This document shows positions 1 to 7,392 of a DNA stretch of 32,000 nt, piece after piece. Positions within the stretch are counted from its first letter, which is position 1. The number at the start of each line of letters is the position of its first letter. Made by a program: the position numbers and the translations under genes. The notes under the pieces are model-generated. The model did not search any database, was not told where the DNA came from, and saw only the letters and a list, made by a program, of their open reading frames with translations. The stretch comes from an archaeon GW2011_AR10 (GTDB lineage: Archaea; Iainarchaeota; Iainarchaeia; Iainarchaeales; GW2011-AR10): the NCBI GenBank assembly GCA_000830275.1, contig CP010424.1:1050001-1082000 (forward strand). The letters are read 5' to 3'.

Positions 1-1187
1 CGCCTCCGCCCCCGCCACCATCACCGCCACTGCCAGAGCCGCAGTCTGCAGAGCAGTTGTCCTGGTTTTCGCCTGCATCACAGGAGCCGTTGCCGCAGGT
101 TGGAAGGGGTTCGCTTACCACGATTAAGCCAGTAAGGCTTGGGTTAGTGGAAGAAAAGTACTGGAACGTGCCAGTGGAATTGAATATTCTGCTGAAAGCT
201 GAATTAGGCGCAATAATGCCACTATCCCATTTGCCGTCAGGGTTAGGGGAAGTACCGGAAGTAGAGCTTTGGTTCACTGTGTCAAGGTTAATCCAAGTGA
301 CAGTTCTTCCAACAGCAATTGAGGCATTTGAAGGGGAAAACCCAGAACCATTAATGAAAATGTGCGTAGAGTCCTCCACACAGTTATTGATTGGCGCATT
401 AGAGCATGAAGCGCTGCAAGTGCTCGGCGCATTGCATTGGTCAATTGTGCATGTAACTGAATCAGGGCAGTCAGAATTTAGGATGCATGGGTTTGTTACA
501 ATTCCGGAACAGCAGAAGCCAGATGAAACTGGTTGGGTTCCGCAGAGGCAGGGTTCGCTTACCGGCCCACTAGGGCAAGAATCAAGCACAACATTGCTGC
601 ACTGCGCACTGCACGTTCCAGCGTTAACGCAAATATCTGTTGTAAGGGAATTGGAGTCATTGCAGCCAGCATCGTTAAAGCATGCAATAGGCGAACCGCA
701 GCTGCTTACATTAGCTGAAGGCAAGGTAACTGTTACGGAAACATTTTGTGCATTGGAATTGCTTACAAGACCATTGTAAAGGTTCAGGTCGCTAACCCCC
801 TGCCCTATCACATTCAGCTTAACCGTTGCAAGTGCCCCATTAGCAGGATTAATTTCCCCTGCAATTGTTCTAGTGCAAGCAACTTTCCCTACGTGGCCTG
901 GTGCAAAAGTCCAGTCAGATGAGTCAGTGCAGAACTGTTCGCTTGGAGAGGAAAGGTTTCCTAAAAGTTTAGTGAAAGTGATGCTGTTGTAGGAGAGAAT
1001 GCTGCTCTTGAAGTTTAGGTCAAACTGGTAGCCGTAAAGGTTGTTTACGTTTGCAGCAACAACATTTACATCAACCGTTTGCCCTACTGTTAATTGCTGG
1101 CTTGAAACAACCGCATTGATGTTGCCTGCGCCAAAAACACTGCTAGCAAACAGCAGAACAAAAAAAACAATAACTGGTTTCTTCAAT
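1..1187 (-). CDS. Secreted cohesin-domain surface protein, 5' part only (C-terminus lies left of the window), with Cys-rich spacers and a ligand-less cupredoxin-like domain
   Basis: It is absent from the ORF track because it runs off the window edge. Hand translation of the minus strand starts at TTG 1187-1185. An in-frame TGA lies at 1217-1215 with no ATG/GTG in between. The product begins KKPVIVFFVLLFASSVFGAGN (signal peptide). It continues VGQTVDVNVVAANVNNLYGYQFDLNFKSSILSYNSI...GALATVKLNVIGQG (cohesin-like pattern), then a Cys-rich stretch. Next comes FSPSNASIAVGRTVTWINLD...GTFQYFSSTNPSLTGLIVV (cupredoxin-like), then CGNGSCDAGENQDNCSADCG and a Gly-rich linker. The + ORF 57..779 is its antisense shadow. 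Confidence 0.75.
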
Positions 1188-1266
1188 AAATCCCCTGTAT
1201 TCTAATGCCCTTTTTCATATATTAACTTTTTGAGGCAATTTTTTTGTTCCAGCTTGTCCAGCAATT

Positions 1267-1278
1267 CTTTTTTAAGCG
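1267..1278 (+). promoter_or_regulatory. TATA-like box (CTTTTTTAAGCG) upstream of tRNA-Val
   Basis: It lies about 30 nt upstream of the tRNA 5' end. Near-identical boxes precede tRNA-Gly (GTTTTTTAAGGG), the Zn-ribbon gene (GCTTTTTAAAGG) and rpoK (GCTTTTTTAATT). Confidence 0.45.
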
Positions 1279-1308
1279 TACTCTGCCAAGAATTCTTAGC
1301 GGCTTAAT

Positions 1309-1414
1309 GGGCTCGTGGTCTAGTGGCTTGTTCCGCCAGTTGATTGCTGTGGAACCCATCAATGACAACACGTTTACATCGTGTAGGTCGGCAGTTCGAA
1401 TCTGCCCGGGCCCA
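1309..1414 (+). tRNA. tRNA-Val (anticodon UAC) with a ~32-nt intron at a non-canonical position in the D-loop region
   Basis: Acceptor stem is GGGCTCG/CGGGCCC with discriminator A. Anticodon arm is ACACG-TTTACAT-CGTGT (loop UU-UAC-AU). Variable loop is AGGTC. T-arm is GGCAG-TTCGAAT-CTGCC. D-stem halves GTCT...TGAC are separated by about 40 nt instead of about 8. The extra segment contains the hairpin GTTCC-N16-GGAAC. Total length is 106 nt against about 74 nt expected. No CCA is encoded. Confidence 0.8.
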
Positions 1415-1535
1415 TTCGGCTGAAACCTCAGCAGGCAAGGTGCAGAAAACCAGTTTTTCCGGTTTCTGTTCACCCACTTTTTGCTAATTGTGAAGCCAAA
1501 AAATATTTATATTAGAAAGGCCATGCTCTCTTTAA

Positions 1536-3413
1536 ATGAAGAAACCAAAACTGTTTTTAGTTTTGATTGCACTGGTTTTTTATTCTGCAGCTGTTTCAGC
1601 TGCTATGGCAAGCAGTATTTCACAGTATGGTATAACTTGGACATTTGACCAAGAGTATGAGACAGGCCAGTTCGTTAACGGCGATTATTGGGTGCTGGGG
1701 CCTGTGACTGTGACGAGTGTGACACCGGTATGGGATGGCAATAAGAATGGGTCAATGCTTGACCCTGTGCCGGGCGCGGATCAATCATATGATACAAGAA
1801 TTAATGATTGGTATAGATACAACGATAGCACTCGGGTGAGGTTTCCCACAACTATCAACGGCATTAAGTCACTCATATCTGTTAGAGGAGTGGACAATTA
1901 CAATTACTCCAGTAGTCAAAAGAGCGCCGTACATAGCGCAGCAGTTTTAACAATCGTGAATGAGGCTGTTCCTGCTGGAACATTCAGACCGGCTTTTGTT
2001 GCCGGGTCCAAGACATTTTACGGTACCTCCCAAGTAAATTACGGCTTGCTGCCGAATCTTCCTGCGCCGCCAAACGTGCCTGATTTATCTGGCGTCATGA
2101 AAATGCCTTGGCTCTATCATGGGCCAAAGACTTTTGGCGAGGAACTTATTTTTCCATTTTCGGACACCGGCAGTCCCTATCCGCTCACTCAGACGAAGCT
2201 TGTCTCTCGTATGTCTCTTGTCATTTTGCTTGACGTCCCCAATAAAAGAGAATTGACCGATCGATTGATCCAGTTAGGTATCGATAATTATCCTATGGCT
2301 TTGCAGAACAAAAATGCGTGGGTGGCTGACGGTGGCTACGGCGGCGGGCATAAGTGGCCTATCTTATTTGCTGGAATTATGTTGGATGATTCAGCGATGA
2401 AATCTCCACCCCAATTTTATGCGGCTCCCTATGCACCTATTTATAAGTTTGCTGAAGATGGATACCCATTTTATAACCAGCAGAATCGGGTGATGTTTGG
2501 TACTAATCAATGCTGGGCATTTTATGGATACCAAGCTCCTGACCCCCGTTGTAGTAGCAATTGCATGTGCCGCGATGGCGCCGGCCAACAGTATCCAGAA
2601 GACTTGCCCGGAGGGGGACACTATCGATTTATCACATCTCTTGCTTGGGTGGGTGAAGTGCTTGCTTCACGTATCTTGAATCAAACAACAGGTGCTATGA
2701 CACTCTGGAATCAACCGGCGTTCTACGACTACACTGATGAGTGGACAACTCGCCCTGACTGGTGGGTGAATAATTCAACAGCATATTATAGTGATATTTA
2801 TGGATATGGTGGAGATGGCGATGGATTTATGACATATATGTGGAACTTATACAGAGGACCAACTTGTTATGATCAAATCCAGAACGGCGATGAAACAGGA
2901 GTTGACTGCGGAGGAAGTTGTCCTGTGTGTGTTGTAGATTCATGTTTGAATGGAATTCAAGATGGCGATGAAACAGGAGTGGATTGTGGTGGAAGCTGCT
3001 CTTATGATTGTGCAGGGCAAGGTTTGGACCAGAATTTTTTACTACAAATAACTGCTTTGAATGGCAGTGTTTCCAGGAGCCCTGACAAGCTGGTTTATTC
3101 TAGTGGCGAGCTTGTTTCTTTGACTGCCGTGCCTAACTCAAATTATGGGTTTGTTTCTTGGGGTGGTGATGTTAACAGCATTCAGAATCCCGTAGCAATA
3201 ACCACGGATTCAAATAAAACAATTAATGCATTTTTTTCTTTGGTTTGTTTTGATAGGACTAATGACAGTGAAGTGAATATTTTTGATTTGGTGTTTGTTG
3301 CTATTCAAATGTTTTCTCAAAACCCTGATTTGGGTGCTGATTTGGATGCTGATTTAAGCGTAACGATTTCTGATTTGGTGTTAATGGGGATAGAGTTTGG
3401 AAGCAAGTGCTAG
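1536..3413 (+). CDS. Secreted modular protein: unknown ~440-aa N-terminal globular domain, two GDETGVDCGGSC Cys-rich repeats, a beta-repeat domain and a C-terminal dockerin-like module
   Basis: Signal peptide is MKKPKLFLVLIALVFYSAAVSAAMA. A tandem NGDETGVDCGGSCP / DGDETGVDCGGSCS repeat is present. LNGSVSRSPDKLVYSSGELVSLTAVPNSNYGFVSWGGDV resembles InlB-B/Listeria-Bacteroides type repeats. The C-terminus has two EF-hand-like segments, DRTNDSEVNIFDLVFV and DLDADLSVTISDLVLM, which together are typical of a dockerin. Confidence 0.8.
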   Translation: MKKPKLFLVLIALVFYSAAVSAAMASSISQYGITWTFDQEYETGQFVNGDYWVLGPVTVTSVTPVWDGNKNGSMLDPVPGADQSYDTRINDWYRYNDSTRVRFPTTINGIKSLISVRGVDNYNYSSSQKSAVHSAAVLTIVNEAVPAGTFRPAFVAGSKTFYGTSQVNYGLLPNLPAPPNVPDLSGVMKMPWLYHGPKTFGEELIFPFSDTGSPYPLTQTKLVSRMSLVILLDVPNKRELTDRLIQLGIDNYPMALQNKNAWVADGGYGGGHKWPILFAGIMLDDSAMKSPPQFYAAPYAPIYKFAEDGYPFYNQQNRVMFGTNQCWAFYGYQAPDPRCSSNCMCRDGAGQQYPEDLPGGGHYRFITSLAWVGEVLASRILNQTTGAMTLWNQPAFYDYTDEWTTRPDWWVNNSTAYYSDIYGYGGDGDGFMTYMWNLYRGPTCYDQIQNGDETGVDCGGSCPVCVVDSCLNGIQDGDETGVDCGGSCSYDCAGQGLDQNFLLQITALNGSVSRSPDKLVYSSGELVSLTAVPNSNYGFVSWGGDVNSIQNPVAITTDSNKTINAFFSLVCFDRTNDSEVNIFDLVFVAIQMFSQNPDLGADLDADLSVTISDLVLMGIEFGSKC

Positions 3414-3472
3414 TGCAATGCAAAGTGAAATAAAGTGCAGCATATTCGCAAATCAAATGCAGTTTAATGTAA

Positions 3473-3520
3473 GTTGTGTTGCCGTCCTATCTCGGATAGG
3501 CTTTGCAAGTTGCCGGCTGG
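3473..3520 (+). repeat. Copy A of an intergenic hairpin-repeat family (TTGT..GTCC-hairpin..TTTGCAAGTTG)
   Basis: Sequence is GTTGTGTTGCCGT-CCTATC-TCG-GATAGG-CTTTGCAAGTTGCCGGCTGG. It shares flanks with the 51-nt repeats at 24165-24266. The stem differs by two compensatory base-pair changes: CCTTCC/GGAAGG versus CCTATC/GATAGG. Confidence 0.6.
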
Positions 3521-3526
3521 GTTTTA

Positions 3527-3573
3527 GGCGAAGCCACTTTTGGTAAACCTTTCTTTAAAAAGTTTTAGCCGAA
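3527..3573. repeat. tRNA-proximal intergenic module, homologous to 25157-25205
   Basis: GGCGAAGCCACTTTTGGTAAACCTTTCTTTAAAAAGTTTTAGCCGAA aligns with GGCGGAGCCACTTTTTTGCAAACCTTTTGTTGAAAAGGTTTTGGTGGAGCC. By eye about three quarters of positions are identical. Confidence 0.5.
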
Positions 3574-3687
3574 TGCGACCGCCGGGAATTGAACCCGGGC
3601 CACAACCTTTTTGCAAAACTTCTTGAAAGCCAGAACTTTAGCCCTAGTTTTTGGCAAGGTTGCATCATGCCATTAGACTACGGTCGC
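3574..3687 (-). tRNA. tRNA-Gly (anticodon GCC) with a ~43-nt intron at the canonical 37/38 position
   Basis: Read on the minus strand. Acceptor stem is GCGACCG/CGGTCGC with discriminator A. D-arm is GTCT-AATGGCA-TGAT. Anticodon stem is CAACC/GGTTG with loop TTGCCA|intron|A. T-arm is CCGGG-TTCAATT-CCCGG. Total length is 114 nt against about 71 nt mature. The intron 3' end GTTTTG can pair with CAAAAC at the 5' splice region, which looks like a helix-bulge arrangement. Confidence 0.85.
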
Positions 3688-3713
3688 AAACAATATTATT
3701 TTTCCCACAAGAA

Positions 3714-3725
3714 CCCTTAAAAAAC
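3714..3725 (-). promoter_or_regulatory. TATA-like box (GTTTTTTAAGGG on the minus strand) upstream of tRNA-Gly
   Basis: It lies about 26 nt upstream of the tRNA 5' end and has the same box as tRNA-Val. Confidence 0.45.
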
Positions 3726-3847
3726 ATTAGAAAAGTACGGTTCTCCGCTGGAGTTTAAAATAGCACAATACGTTGGCAATCCTGCCTACTTCTTAGGGGT
3801 TGCTCAGGCAAACTCTTAAATATTAATAATTCCTATCTGTTAATGGC

Positions 3848-4276
3848 ATGCGCAGGATAATGTTTTTCAGGGTTGCTGGAAGGGATGTTTACCTTCCAAG
3901 GCTTGTTGGGGCATTCATTTTGCTTGCCGCGCTGCTTATGTTCATTCAGGCTTCCGCAAAAATGTTTGACTCTTGGGATAACCTCAAGGAAGTAGAGAAT
4001 TGTCTTGCAGTTGCTAGAACCGAGCCAGAGTTTTTTCCAACATGCCAGCAGAACGCTAAGGCTTCACTTGACCTATACGTGAGGCTTGGGCAGGACAACT
4101 TAACTGCGAGGCAGTTTTTTGGAGCACTGCTTGTGCCTATTGCAATGCTTTTGTTCTGGCTTGCAGTGCTGTTCGTTGGCTGGATTTTTTATAAAACAGG
4201 AGAAGTCGTTGTGCCAATTGAGGAATCCTGGCATGACTTCCCTGAAAAGAATCCCGGCAAAAAAAGGAAAAAGTAG
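3848..4276 (+). CDS. Hypothetical membrane protein (2 predicted TM helices, Lys-rich C-terminus)
   Basis: ORF track entry. Hydrophobic segments are LVGAFILLAALLMFI and ALLVPIAMLLFWLAVLFVGWIF. I recognise no family. Confidence 0.5.
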   Translation: MRRIMFFRVAGRDVYLPRLVGAFILLAALLMFIQASAKMFDSWDNLKEVENCLAVARTEPEFFPTCQQNAKASLDLYVRLGQDNLTARQFFGALLVPIAMLLFWLAVLFVGWIFYKTGEVVVPIEESWHDFPEKNPGKKRKK

Positions 4277-5680
4277 TTAAAGCGTTACCGCCTTAACCGT
4301 TCCTTCTTCAATTTTTCCCTTTCTCACTCCTACGATGCATTCAACCTTGTTTTCAGAGGCTTTTTCAACAAGCCGTTTGGTTATGATGCCATCGAATACA
4401 ACAAATTTTGCGTTCTTGTTTTCGTCCAGTGAAGTCACGAGGTCTCGAACGTTTACTTCGCTTAATTCGTTCATTTGCGCATCAAAGAGTTTTGCCTTAA
4501 GTGTTCCCTTAAGTTTCTCCATTACCGGGAGAAACTTTTCCCTGTCTTCCGGTGAAGCAGGAGCCTCCCGAATTGGCTCTTCGAACTGTTGCCTGCTATG
4601 CATGTAATCGTTTCTTTCTCTTGGTCTTCCCCCAGAGTACCTTGGGCTTCCATATCGGCTGCCTTCCGGCCTTCTTGGCCCTCTGCCGATTCCGCTTCTT
4701 TCAGGGTACCTTCTGTTGTATTGCCGTTCCCCAGATTCCCTGCTGTAGCTTCTGTGCTGATAGCCTTGCATTGGTCTTTCGCGTGAACCGAAAAAAGGCG
4801 CTTTAGGGAAAAAGGTTTCAGCTGAAGGCTCCTTTTCGAAAACCTTTTTCCTAAAAAAGTTTTCAGCCGGCACTTTTTTTTCAAGTGACTGGATTATTTC
4901 TTTTCTTGTAAGCTCTTCAACTTCTTTTCCGTCAGGTGCCCTTGCAATAAACTCCAGCCTGCCAAGTTGGCTGAACCTTCTTGCAATCAGCTCGCCGCCC
5001 CTGTCCCCGTCAACAAAAATTGTAACGCCTTTCTTTTCGCTAAGGTCAAGGATTGTTTGCGGGATTTTTCCGCCATCCATGCCGATGACGTTTTTGATGC
5101 TGTTCCTCAACAGGTTGACAACATCTGCTCTTCCCTCCACAACAATAATTTCCTTGCTGCTGTCAACATCAGGCCCAGCTGAAAGGTTTTCCGGGCCATA
5201 CTCAACTATTTTAGCTGACCTAACTTCTTCCCTTATGCCTTCTGTTAACTCCATTGCGTCAGGCATCTGCTCGCTCATGAACTTTTTGAGTATGTCGCTT
5301 GCTCTCTTCTTGATTTCCTCTCTTTTGTTTGAGCGCGCGTCCTCAATTGTTTCAATCGTGAACTTTGCCTCATAGGGGCCTACTTTGTCAACGCTTTCGA
5401 TTGCTGCTGCAAGCACTGATGTTTGCACCATGTCCATGCCGCTTGGAACAGTTAGTTCTCCTTTGGTTTTGCCCAAAATGTTTTTGTGGGTTATTTCAAT
5501 CCTGCCAACTTTGCCGTTTTTTTGGAGCTCTTTTAAGTCAAGTTCATCTCCTAAAAGGCCTTCGCTTTGGCCGAATACTGCTCCAACAATGTCTGGTTTG
5601 TCAACCACTCCGTCAATTTCAAAACTTATTCTAACCATGTATTTGGCTGTATTAACATATGTTTTTGCCATCTGCTTCAA
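4277..5680 (-). CDS. dnaG: Archaeal DnaG-type primase (Toprim; exosome-associated family) with an Arg/Gly/Ser/Tyr-rich insertion
   Basis: The Toprim signature is present: IIVVEGRADVVNLL ... IFVDGDRGGELI. The N-terminal region VNTAKYMVRISFEIDGVVDKPDIVGAVFGQSEGLLG is typical of archaeal DnaG. A low-complexity segment spans aa 298-365. Confidence 0.9.
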   Translation of the reverse strand: MKQMAKTYVNTAKYMVRISFEIDGVVDKPDIVGAVFGQSEGLLGDELDLKELQKNGKVGRIEITHKNILGKTKGELTVPSGMDMVQTSVLAAAIESVDKVGPYEAKFTIETIEDARSNKREEIKKRASDILKKFMSEQMPDAMELTEGIREEVRSAKIVEYGPENLSAGPDVDSSKEIIVVEGRADVVNLLRNSIKNVIGMDGGKIPQTILDLSEKKGVTIFVDGDRGGELIARRFSQLGRLEFIARAPDGKEVEELTRKEIIQSLEKKVPAENFFRKKVFEKEPSAETFFPKAPFFGSRERPMQGYQHRSYSRESGERQYNRRYPERSGIGRGPRRPEGSRYGSPRYSGGRPRERNDYMHSRQQFEEPIREAPASPEDREKFLPVMEKLKGTLKAKLFDAQMNELSEVNVRDLVTSLDENKNAKFVVFDGIITKRLVEKASENKVECIVGVRKGKIEEGTVKAVTL

Positions 5681-5699
5681 CTCCTTTGATTTTGCAGAA

Positions 5700-5981
5700 T
5701 TAGGGTTTTTTTAGGAGATTGAAGGCGCCCAATTTTGCAAGGGCTTCTTCCCTGCTTTTTTCAACTAAAACTTTTTTGTTCCGAGAATTTTTTCCTGAAA
5801 CAATTTTCACTTTTGCTTCGAGCAGTTTTTCAAGCTCTGCTTCAATTTCCTTGTTTGCTTGCCCCTTGAGGGGCTTTGATTTTGTTTTGAGTTTCAGCGC
5901 ATTTCTCCAGAAATCAAAGCCTTCTAGCTTGAATTCCTTTGAGTTTGACGTAACGTGCAGGTTCAGTATAAATCCTTTCAC
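5700..5981 (-). CDS. DUF167 / YggU-family protein
   Basis: KPLKGQANKEIEAELEKLL...VKIVSGKNSRNKKVLVE matches the DUF167 pattern (P..G.AN..l..fL...l......v.iv.G..sr.K). Confidence 0.7.
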   Translation of the reverse strand: MKGFILNLHVTSNSKEFKLEGFDFWRNALKLKTKSKPLKGQANKEIEAELEKLLEAKVKIVSGKNSRNKKVLVEKSREEALAKLGAFNLLKKP

Positions 5982-6187
5982 GTTTCTCGTTTTCTGAAAG
6001 CCTTAAAGCAACAAAAATAAACTCAAAACCTTCAAATTCCCTAAATGCAACCCTAATTTTCCAATTAAACCTTTAAATAAAGGTTAATACAATGTAATTA
6101 TAAAAGAAAACTTATAATAACCTAACCTTTCCCTCAGTTTTTTTGCTTACCTGAGAAAAAGCCAAATTAAAGCATTGAAGTGGTTTT

Positions 6188-6598
6188 ATGGCGCATTACA
6201 GTAAAGGTGCGAATGCTGAACGCGAACTGATTTCAATCCTTTGGCAGAACAATTTCAGTGTTGTTAGAACAGCTGGCTCTGGTACAAGCCCCCTGCCTGC
6301 CCCTGACCTGGTTGCATTAAGCAAGGAAAAAAAACTTGCCTTCGAGTGCAAGGCATGGAATGCAGGTTACTTGAACATTCCATTAAAGCAGATGGAAGAA
6401 CAGCTTTTCTGGTGTGAGAGGGCAGGAGCAGAACTGATTGTGGCATGGAAGATACCCCGCCAAGGCTTTTTGTTCCTTAGGCCGGAAGCATTCACGAAAG
6501 TCGGAAAAAGCTACGCGATTTCACGCAAAAAAGCCCTTACCTCTGCCATAAATCTTGGCATCATCCTTGGCCAACAGTCAAAACTAGGCATGCAGTAA
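6188..6598 (+). CDS. hjc: Holliday junction resolvase Hjc
   Basis: SKGANAERELISILWQNNFSVVRTAGSG...PDLVALSKEKKLAFECKAW matches the Hjc catalytic core (KG..ERel...GF.vvR.aGS...DlvA...l.iE.K). Confidence 0.9.
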   Translation: MAHYSKGANAERELISILWQNNFSVVRTAGSGTSPLPAPDLVALSKEKKLAFECKAWNAGYLNIPLKQMEEQLFWCERAGAELIVAWKIPRQGFLFLRPEAFTKVGKSYAISRKKALTSAINLGIILGQQSKLGMQ

Positions 6599-6728
6599 AT
6601 GATTTTATAATACTTCTTTATATTATATATATTATAAGCAGGATTGGGCATATTGTCCCGCGCACATGTTGGAGTAGCTTTATTGTGCTTCTGCTGGTTG
6701 GTGTTTTGCTGTGATTGAGCTTGAAATA

Positions 6729-6878
6729 ATGTTAAACGACCTCTCAAAGCTTTATGAGAAGGAAAAAGGCATTAGGAACCGTGTTCTGCTGGAAAAAGCC
6801 ATAGACTCCCTTAAAGACTATGAAACAGCAAAGTCAACAGTGCTGGAAAACACATATTTAATCAAAAAGCAGCGTTGA
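6729..6878 (+). CDS. Possible small helical protein (49 aa; alternative GTG start at 6711)
   Basis: It is too short for the ORF track. The product is MLNDLSKLYEKEKGIRNRVLLEKAIDSLKDYETAKSTVLENTYLIKKQR. A T8 tract at 6908-6915 follows and could be a terminator. There is no family support. Confidence 0.3.
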   Translation: MLNDLSKLYEKEKGIRNRVLLEKAIDSLKDYETAKSTVLENTYLIKKQR

Positions 6879-6924
6879 AATAAGGCAATTGCAAAATAAT
6901 TTCCTGTTTTTTTTCCTGTTCAAA

Positions 6925-7392
6925 TTAATGTTTTCTTTCCAAAGAACTGGCAATTTCTTGTAAAAGCCCAATATCCACAGAGGACCTTGATGAATAATAG
7001 TGTGACAAAATCCGCGGTTTTGATTTAAACTTTTTTGCAATATCTTCAAGGGTACTTGTAACATATGGGTTGACTGAAACCAAGACATCTGCTTTTTCCA
7101 GATTCTCGTTCGGCTTCAAAGCGTAATCGAATATACCGGATGCTTTTACGTCAAAGAATTTTCCCAAATTGTTTTTTTCCGTAAATTCATTGAATTCACC
7201 CCAAACCGCTGCTGACGTGTACAATCCAGCAGGGCACACGAAAATCACGCGGATTTTTCTCCCCTTGCTTTTACAAAACCTTTCAAGCGTCCTTGATAGT
7301 TCGCTTCTTTTTGGTAAAGCTCTTTTTCCCTTAAGTTTTCTGATTAGTTGCGTGTTTTTGGCAATAATTCTTTTTCTTTTCGGCTTTAGCAT
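6925..7392 (-). CDS. Basic N-terminal tail plus a PTS-EIIB(Lac/Cel)-like domain protein
   Basis: IRVIFVCPAGLYTSAAVWGEF ... ADVLVSVNPYVTSTLEDIAKK follows the EIIB type-3 pattern (vCaaGmSTS ... DvvLlgPQv...l..i). The first 40 aa are about 40 percent K/R. Confidence 0.45.
   Translation of the reverse strand: MLKPKRKRIIAKNTQLIRKLKGKRALPKRSELSRTLERFCKSKGRKIRVIFVCPAGLYTSAAVWGEFNEFTEKNNLGKFFDVKASGIFDYALKPNENLEKADVLVSVNPYVTSTLEDIAKKFKSKPRILSHYYSSRSSVDIGLLQEIASSLERKH

Noticed and set aside
57-779. A 240-aa + strand ORF (and the nested ORF 533..718) at the left edge.
   Set aside because: It is the antisense shadow of the minus-strand cohesin/cupredoxin surface protein. That protein gives a coherent signal peptide and domain patterns, whereas the + frame product has no recognisable features.
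4808-4850. An 11-bp inverted repeat GAAAAAGGTTT/AAACCTTTTTC around the palindrome TTCAGCTGAA, considered as a member of the AAACCTTTT palindrome family.
   Set aside because: It lies inside the dnaG low-complexity coding segment (FFRKK...FFPK), where the repetitive peptide can generate it. It is noted only within the DnaG finding.
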